From positions 6,252-70,251 of IMG/VR virus record IMGVR_UViG_3300037502_001683: a stretch of DNA of 64,000 nt, one strand, 5' to 3'. How positions within the stretch are numbered: position 1 is the stretch's first letter; the number at the start of each line of letters is the position of its first letter. The translations under genes were made by a program, and so were the position numbers. Source of the DNA: a virus. Positions 58,887 through 64,000 of this stretch are shown in pieces. Below the pieces are notes generated by a model that saw only the letters and a list, made by a program, of their open reading frames with translations, was not told the DNA's origin and ran no database searches.

Positions 58887-61265
58887 TTAAGCAAATATCG
58901 AAGCGTCGAGGCTTATGGCACGAATTAAAAACCACCCAAATTTATAAGGTTCTGTTGAAGAACTAATAAGATAAGTTCCAGATGTTGGTATTGAAGAGGT
59001 TCCTTCAGATTTTGGCACGGTAAAATTGGCATCGGCTGATATTTCATGTTCAAGTGTTTTGTTTATATCTGGCCCAACAAGAGGGATTTGTTGATTATTA
59101 AGTGTTAATGTTATTGTAGTGTAGCTTAAATTGATATTAAGTCCGCTGGCTGAAAGCGTTTTTGAGGGTGATCCAGATATGGTTATTCCTTTATTCAAAC
59201 ACGGAGGAATGTTTACCGAAACTGGAATTAGTCTTTTTGATGATTCTGTTTGATCTCCTTTTGTTGGTATGTATCCAAACCCAGCAGGGGTGTCATTGAT
59301 TTGAATAGCCCTAGAAATTGTTGCCTGTATCGATTTTGTTTCAGAAACTCCATAAACGGTTGTGGAAAAACTAACTAATTTAAAATTTGGCCAGCTTGCA
59401 GAAGCGCCAACCTTTAATCTTATTTGGTCTTCATTAAGTTGATCTTTTTTTAGAAAAAACAAGTGACCTTTTGCTGGTAAATTTTTTCCCCATTTATCTT
59501 TAAAAGATATTTCAAACTTTGGAACGAGGGTTAGCGACGAAGAAACATATCCCTTGTCTTCTTGGGTCAAGGATTTGAATTGCCCATCTAATCCACTAGA
59601 ATCAAATTCTTGAATGGCTTCAGACTTTTCTTCCTGCCATTCAATAGAAATTTTGTCCAATTCTCTTGGCAATTCCAAGTCTATAGAAGTTGGATATGTT
59701 ATATTAAAAGAAGAAAGTGTAGAATCTAGTTCTTTTTTATCGTACTCTCTTACAAGATTATTTCTGTCATCAAGCCCCTCGACTTCATAATTATCTCCAT
59801 TTGGAATTGATGATGAAATATATTCTTTGTAGGGAATTTGTATTCCCCAATTTTCCTCAAGTCTTTGATTGTTTGTTTCATTAAAAATATCTTCTCTTTC
59901 GACTATTGTTTTTTGAACTGTAAACTCTGTAAGCCTTTGTTCTGTTTTGGAAAGCTGGCTTCCAGAAAGCTCTTGATCTTCAACATTTGTTTTTTCAACA
60001 ATCTCTTCGATTCTTTTTACAGGAGTATTAACCCTGAACTTTTCTGGTATGGTGTCGGGTTTTGATACCGAAAGTGTTTTGTTGTCAAACACCTTTGGAA
60101 CTTCTGTCTTTCTCACCACATAATTCCCGTCACCCAAGGCTTCAGACTCCATGGTCTTGGTTGCTGTCGGGGTTTCGGTGGTATCACCAGATTGAAGTGT
60201 TTCGGTGATGGTTACCACCTGTTTCTCGTTGTTTGTAGATTTTTGGGTAAGTGACTTCGGAAGCGATTGCACTCTCTTTGTCAAAGAGGTTCTCTTGGTG
60301 AATTCGGTCAACTGCTGCTCGGATTTTGCAAGCTCTCCAGTATTCAAGGTAGCGGGCATCGCGGCATCGCCTTCCAAGGTTTTTTGTTCGGTCTCGGCGG
60401 GAACAAGAACCCTAAACTTTTCTGGTATGGAGTCGGGCCTTTCTTTTGAAAATGTCTTTCCATCAAATACCTTTGGTGTATCCACAATCCTCTCGATCAA
60501 GGATTCAGCGTCTTCGCGGGAAACTTCAACAGTTCTGGTTGCGGTGAGCTTGGGGGGATTGTATCCAGCGGCCCCCTTGCGCTGAGTGGTGACGGTTAAA
60601 CGTTGTCCCTCGTTGTTGGTGGAAAATCCCTGTAGTAGGGGTCCAGCAACCCCGTAGGTCTGAACCACTTTGACCGAAAGAAATTCATTGTAGGGTTCGT
60701 AGGAGGTTTGGGTGATGACCCCGTTGACATTCGTAAGGGAACCGATCTCTTCACCTGTGGGGACAAATAACTGGCGGCGTTCTTGGACGGGACCACGGGA
60801 CGCATCATAAAAATCCCGATCCCGAATAGGAAAAAGAGAATTGCCATCATCGTCGGTCTTGATCGACCAAGACTCTTCAATTTCGGTATAGACAATGGCA
60901 GAGCCTTCGCGGGCCTCGTAGGTAACTCGTTTGTCGGCGGCTAGGCTGGCTACCTGTCCTTCGTTTTTGACGGAGCGGCGTCTACCCTGAATTGGGCCTA
61001 GATCATCATCGTAGCGGGTAAACGGCACCCAAGGAGAAGGAAGAATCTCGTAGATGTGGGTAACAATCTGATCTCCAGAGGAAGGCTGGGCACCCGTGAA
61101 AACGTGGTTGGGGTAGCGTTTGGAATCTGGGTGGGGGCTGAGATCTTCGGGAATCCTGTAGCCAGCAACGCGAGGATCTTTTTTAATCCCGATGACGGGG
61201 AAGTCGCGGTCATTTGCCGCATAGGAGACAACGTAGAACTTGTCAAAAGGAGGATAGGAGGCCAT
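58887..61265 (-). CDS. Large Thr-rich beta-strand tail/structural protein with an internal repeat
   Basis: Start reassigned to MASYPP; PKVFD.KT.S...PD.IPEKFRV..P...L.K.EQ.LTEFT occurs twice. Confidence 0.75.
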   Translation of the reverse strand: MASYPPFDKFYVVSYAANDRDFPVIGIKKDPRVAGYRIPEDLSPHPDSKRYPNHVFTGAQPSSGDQIVTHIYEILPSPWVPFTRYDDDLGPIQGRRRSVKNEGQVASLAADKRVTYEAREGSAIVYTEIEESWSIKTDDDGNSLFPIRDRDFYDASRGPVQERRQLFVPTGEEIGSLTNVNGVITQTSYEPYNEFLSVKVVQTYGVAGPLLQGFSTNNEGQRLTVTTQRKGAAGYNPPKLTATRTVEVSREDAESLIERIVDTPKVFDGKTFSKERPDSIPEKFRVLVPAETEQKTLEGDAAMPATLNTGELAKSEQQLTEFTKRTSLTKRVQSLPKSLTQKSTNNEKQVVTITETLQSGDTTETPTATKTMESEALGDGNYVVRKTEVPKVFDNKTLSVSKPDTIPEKFRVNTPVKRIEEIVEKTNVEDQELSGSQLSKTEQRLTEFTVQKTIVEREDIFNETNNQRLEENWGIQIPYKEYISSSIPNGDNYEVEGLDDRNNLVREYDKKELDSTLSSFNITYPTSIDLELPRELDKISIEWQEEKSEAIQEFDSSGLDGQFKSLTQEDKGYVSSSLTLVPKFEISFKDKWGKNLPAKGHLFFLKKDQLNEDQIRLKVGASASWPNFKLVSFSTTVYGVSETKSIQATISRAIQINDTPAGFGYIPTKGDQTESSKRLIPVSVNIPPCLNKGITISGSPSKTLSASGLNINLSYTTITLTLNNQQIPLVGPDINKTLEHEISADANFTVPKSEGTSSIPTSGTYLISSSTEPYKFGWFLIRAISLDASIFA

Positions 61266-61276
61266 TTGGTCACGAA

Positions 61277-61346
61277 AACTTACCCTAAAAAAGGTTGAGC
61301 GGCAAGATGATTTTCCGCTTGCATAGATTATCTCTTGTGCTAGATT
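61277..61346. promoter_or_regulatory. Divergent sigma70-like promoters (tail operon leftward, sRNA rightward)
   Basis: Minus TTGCCG-17-TAAGTT, 11 nt before ATG 61265; plus TTGCAT-16-TAGATT with a TG extension (61319-61346). Confidence 0.6.
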
Positions 61347-61351
61347 CCCAA

Positions 61352-61426
61352 CTTGGAAGGCACTCGTCTTCCTGTTTTCATGTGTGTGGGGCGGGGTCGG
61401 GCTAAAAACTCGGCCCCGCTTTTTTT
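61352..61426 (+). ncRNA. Candidate ~75-nt small RNA: 5' hairpin, single-stranded UGUUUUCAUGUGUGUGG, intrinsic terminator
   Basis: GGAAGGC-ACTC-GTCTTCC hairpin; GCGGGGTCGGG-CTAAAAA-CTCGGCCCCGC-T7 terminator with no plus-strand gene upstream to terminate. Confidence 0.7.
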
Positions 61427-61473
61427 GAACGCTTGACAAGTTGGGTTGTCGGATATAACGAACATCTACCTAT

Positions 61474-62100
61474 ATGGCATATCAATCCAACCAACCCAAA
61501 GCACCAGTCCTCTCACATTTCACGCTCGCGAAAAACGGGCCAAAGCTTGTAGTCATCAAATCAGCCCCCAAATGGGTGAAGAACAACTCGTTGTGCGTTA
61601 TCGAATTAATCGTTGATGGCGTAGCTCATGTGTATTTCACTGAGAACAAGGACATTGCGTCGAAGTTCCAGCAGTATGTGGGCAAGTCCGTAGTGCTGAT
61701 TGCCTCTGGCAATTCCAAGCAAAAGACCGATTCCATGGAGATTCAGCCTGCTGGGGTTCCCGCTTCCAGCCTGCCTGCCGCCCAGAGTACCCCGCAAGTA
61801 GCCCAGAAAGCCCCACAAAGCGTTGTAGAGGCCGCAAAGACTCCAGAGCGCGAAGCCAAGAGATTCCTCTGTCAGGCGGCAAATCTGATGCGTCTGTGCG
61901 TCAAGAAGGCCAACGACATTGCGGTGGAATTGAACTTGCCCGAACAGCACCGTCAGGGTATAGCTACAACATTGTTTATTCAAGCTGATAGACAGGGCCA
62001 CATTCCCGCCATGCCGATTGATCCTTACAAGCCAGAGCAACTGGGCTTCGGGGCAAGCAAGGCTGAATCCCTCAAAAACCCCGAACCAAACAATGACTGA
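61474..62100 (+). CDS. Hypothetical protein, possibly ssDNA-binding/recombination
   Basis: Beta-rich N-domain, Pro/Ala/Gln linker, ATTLFIQ helix; near the Cas4-like nuclease. Confidence 0.6.
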   Translation: MAYQSNQPKAPVLSHFTLAKNGPKLVVIKSAPKWVKNNSLCVIELIVDGVAHVYFTENKDIASKFQQYVGKSVVLIASGNSKQKTDSMEIQPAGVPASSLPAAQSTPQVAQKAPQSVVEAAKTPEREAKRFLCQAANLMRLCVKKANDIAVELNLPEQHRQGIATTLFIQADRQGHIPAMPIDPYKPEQLGFGASKAESLKNPEPNND

Positions 62101-62353
62101 CGATGGAAAGCGCGGCATCGAAATTTTGTCGCATGATAAGGGATCATTCCTCGTTCAAAGTCGGTCTAATCGCGAAGACTACTACATGGTGGAATTCACT
62201 ACCGATGAAGTCGGAGACATCACAGGATGCTCCTGCACTTGTTCAGGCTATCACTTCCGCAAAGAATGCTTCCACATCCGCTACCTCTGTAAACTCTTGG
62301 GCGTCGAAACGCCGAAGCCAACCAACAACAACCAACTAGAAATAGCAGCATAA
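62093..62353 (+). CDS. SWIM zinc-finger protein
   Basis: V.S.S...YY.V, CSCTC..Y.FR..C.HI. Confidence 0.8.
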   Translation: MTDDGKRGIEILSHDKGSFLVQSRSNREDYYMVEFTTDEVGDITGCSCTCSGYHFRKECFHIRYLCKLLGVETPKPTNNNQLEIAA

Positions 62354-62357
62354 TACT

Positions 62358-62700
62358 ATGGCTAAAGATAAAAACTGGATTGCGGGAGCAATCAAAAAAG
62401 AAGGCGCTCTTCGTAAAACGATGGGCACCAAAAAAGGTAAAACTATCCCGAAGGGCAAGCTGGAGGCAGCGGCCAAGAAGAGTGGCAAAACTGGTCAACG
62501 TGCGCGTTTAGCCATGACACTTGGAAAACTCCGCAAGAAATAATATGAAGAAATCCAAAGCAGAAAAGAAGATCAGCAAGACGATGCGTGAATTCAAAGC
62601 TGGAAAGCTTAAAAGCAGTTCTGGCGCTAAAGTCACCAATCCCAAACAGGCGATTGCTATCAGTCTTTCAAAAGCTGGTAAGAGTAAAAAGAAACGCTAG
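62358..62700 (+). other. Two very basic small proteins (62358-62543; 62545-62700, DUF6496-like)
   Basis: NWI.GAIK..GALR...RARLA.TL; K.MREFK.GKL.S.SG..VTN.KQAIAI.LS.A. Confidence 0.75.
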
Positions 62701-62702
62701 TC

Positions 62703-62740
62703 GGATAAGCGGGGTTGTGTTTCGGCGCGGTCCCGCATCC
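62703..62740 (+). promoter_or_regulatory. Third intergenic UUCG hairpin, before ORF 62749-62925
   Basis: GCGGGGTTGTGT-TTCG-GCGCGGTCCCGC with outer GGAT/ATCC. Confidence 0.6.
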
Positions 62741-62921
62741 AACACCACATGATATCCAATCTTACAGAACAAGACTTACATTTATTGAACGAGGTTCTTC
62801 TTGAAGATGTCTTAGATCTTGAAGACGAATTGACGGCTTTTGAAAGAACCCAAGATTCACAACTTGAAGATTATTACCAGAAGTTAAAAGCGTTGCAGGA
62901 AAAAATCTACAGTTTAATACA

Positions 62922-63785
62922 ATGACCATCACGAACCAATTTGGATTACCACAACCTTTCGTAGACCTCGTCAGCGAGGACACCTACAGCAAGGGCGAGT
63001 CCGATATCACAACTACGGGGTTGGCTCAACCTCCCAAGATCTCCGAACTGTGGAGACGCCATGGCAACGAGATCACCATAGACTGTTCCGAAAAAGTGTG
63101 GACAATGCTAGGGACAGCCAACCATTATGTTTTAGAGCAAATTGCCAAGAGGAATCCCGAAAGATACTTGACTGAAGTCCGCCTCTACATGGATGTGGAC
63201 GGAATGAAACTCGGTGGCCAGATCGACCTCTATGACAAGCAAGGGCAAGTTCTCTATGACTACAAGGTCAGCAGCGTCTATAAAGCTTTGTCCGATGACA
63301 GGTTTGATTGGACGGCACAGGCCGCAATCAATACCCTTCTTCTACAGCATAATGGCTATCCTGTAAAACGTGCGGCCATCATTCTCGTAATGAAGGACTG
63401 GAAGTTGCGTGATTCCAAGATCAAGGCCGACTACCCGAAGTGCGCTATTGTCGAGATTAAGCTAGAACCATGGAAGCCCGAAGAAACATTTGCATATATC
63501 AAAAGTCGTATTAATCTTCACCAGCAAGCAAAAGAACTTTCCGATGACCAGATACCGATCTGCACCGAATCCGAACGTTGGCGCGTCCCAGACCTCTATG
63601 CCGTCCTCCCGAAAAAAGGAGCAAAGCGAGCGGTCAACAATGGGACTTACGAAGACAGACTACAGGCTGAAGCTCACGCCAAGCGTATCGGAGGTGTTGT
63701 TGAGGAACGGCTTGGGGAAGATAAACGTTGCGCGGACTACTGCCGTGTTAGAGCCTATTGCAACTACGGAAGAAACTTGAAATAA
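62922..63785 (+). CDS. Cas4-like PD-(D/E)XK exonuclease
   Basis: GTA.H..LE, E.R, GQID...LYDYK, Q...N..L, C...ERW, RC..YC.V..YC. Confidence 0.88.
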   Translation: MTITNQFGLPQPFVDLVSEDTYSKGESDITTTGLAQPPKISELWRRHGNEITIDCSEKVWTMLGTANHYVLEQIAKRNPERYLTEVRLYMDVDGMKLGGQIDLYDKQGQVLYDYKVSSVYKALSDDRFDWTAQAAINTLLLQHNGYPVKRAAIILVMKDWKLRDSKIKADYPKCAIVEIKLEPWKPEETFAYIKSRINLHQQAKELSDDQIPICTESERWRVPDLYAVLPKKGAKRAVNNGTYEDRLQAEAHAKRIGGVVEERLGEDKRCADYCRVRAYCNYGRNLK

Positions 63786-63793
63786 TAATTACT

Positions 63794-64000
63794 ATGAGCA
63801 AATCAAATAGAACACAGTCAACGCTGAAACGTCTTGGACTTTCTGGCGTCAATAAACCGAAGCGAACCCCATTCCATCCAACCAAGAGTCATGTTGTGTT
63901 GGCCAAAGAAGGAGATAAAACCAAAGTCATTCGTTTTGGTCAGCAGGGGGTTAGTGGATCTCCCAAGAAAGAAGGGGAATCGGCGTCCTATCGCAAGCGC
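63794..64000 (+). CDS. Conserved basic phage protein, 3' end outside the window
   Basis: NKPKRTP.HPTKSHVVLAKEGD..K.IRFGQQG. Confidence 0.75.
   Translation, partial: MSKSNRTQSTLKRLGLSGVNKPKRTPFHPTKSHVVLAKEGDKTKVIRFGQQGVSGSPKKEGESASYRKR

Noticed and set aside
61266-61439. 58-aa N-terminal extension of the 850-aa ORF
   Set aside because: It runs antisense through the sRNA and terminator; a promoter sits just upstream of the internal ATG at 61265.
62785-62814. Ninth TGAAC-type promoter
   Set aside because: The spacer is 18 nt and it lies inside an ORF far from a start, so it may be chance.
62922-63785. Cas4 as evidence of a CRISPR system
   Set aside because: Solo Cas4-like exonucleases are common phage recombination genes; no cas1/cas2 or array is present.
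1-64000. Stop-codon recoding, inteins or prophage boundaries
   Set aside because: Conserved genes are intact in the standard code and end in TAA, TAG and TGA; DnaB, DnaG and TerL have normal lengths; no integrase, att site or host genes are visible.

Overview
The whole window is part of a tailed dsDNA phage genome. No host genes, integrase, DNA polymerase or CRISPR array are visible. A freshwater PVC/Verrucomicrobia-type host is inferred, not shown, from gene style, A/C-rich SD-poor leaders and near-leaderless starts. In order: the 3' part of a giant polyvalent virion protein (ART-like, zincin and SAM-methyltransferase domains); a translationally coupled primase + 3 glycosyltransferase + 2 methyltransferase operon; a leftward early region of small genes (DUF932, gp88-like) fed by tandem sigma70-like promoters near a non-coding, terminus-like stretch at about 19.0-19.6 kb; nucleotide and recombination genes (dCMP deaminase, HNH nucleases, a RusA split over two frames); an atypical tRNA-CAT; duplicated replication-initiator genes; DnaB; divergent terminase genes; two tail-fibre modules; portal, scaffold and capsid; lysis genes with a CHAP endolysin; Cys-rich tail genes; a Cas4-like nuclease. 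The least expected signals are non-coding. They are (1) a promoter- and terminator-bounded ~75-nt sRNA whose exposed segment is antisense to the AUGAAAAC start of eight phage genes, (2) a hairpin displaying an anti-Shine-Dalgarno loop, (3) two large structured RNA candidates (28.56-28.70 kb and 30.31-30.69 kb) plus a structured capsid leader, (4) a recurrent TGAAC-N17-GTC promoter class in front of replication genes, and (5) strong CCGG avoidance with one local exception. All family assignments come from motif recognition by eye, not from database searches.
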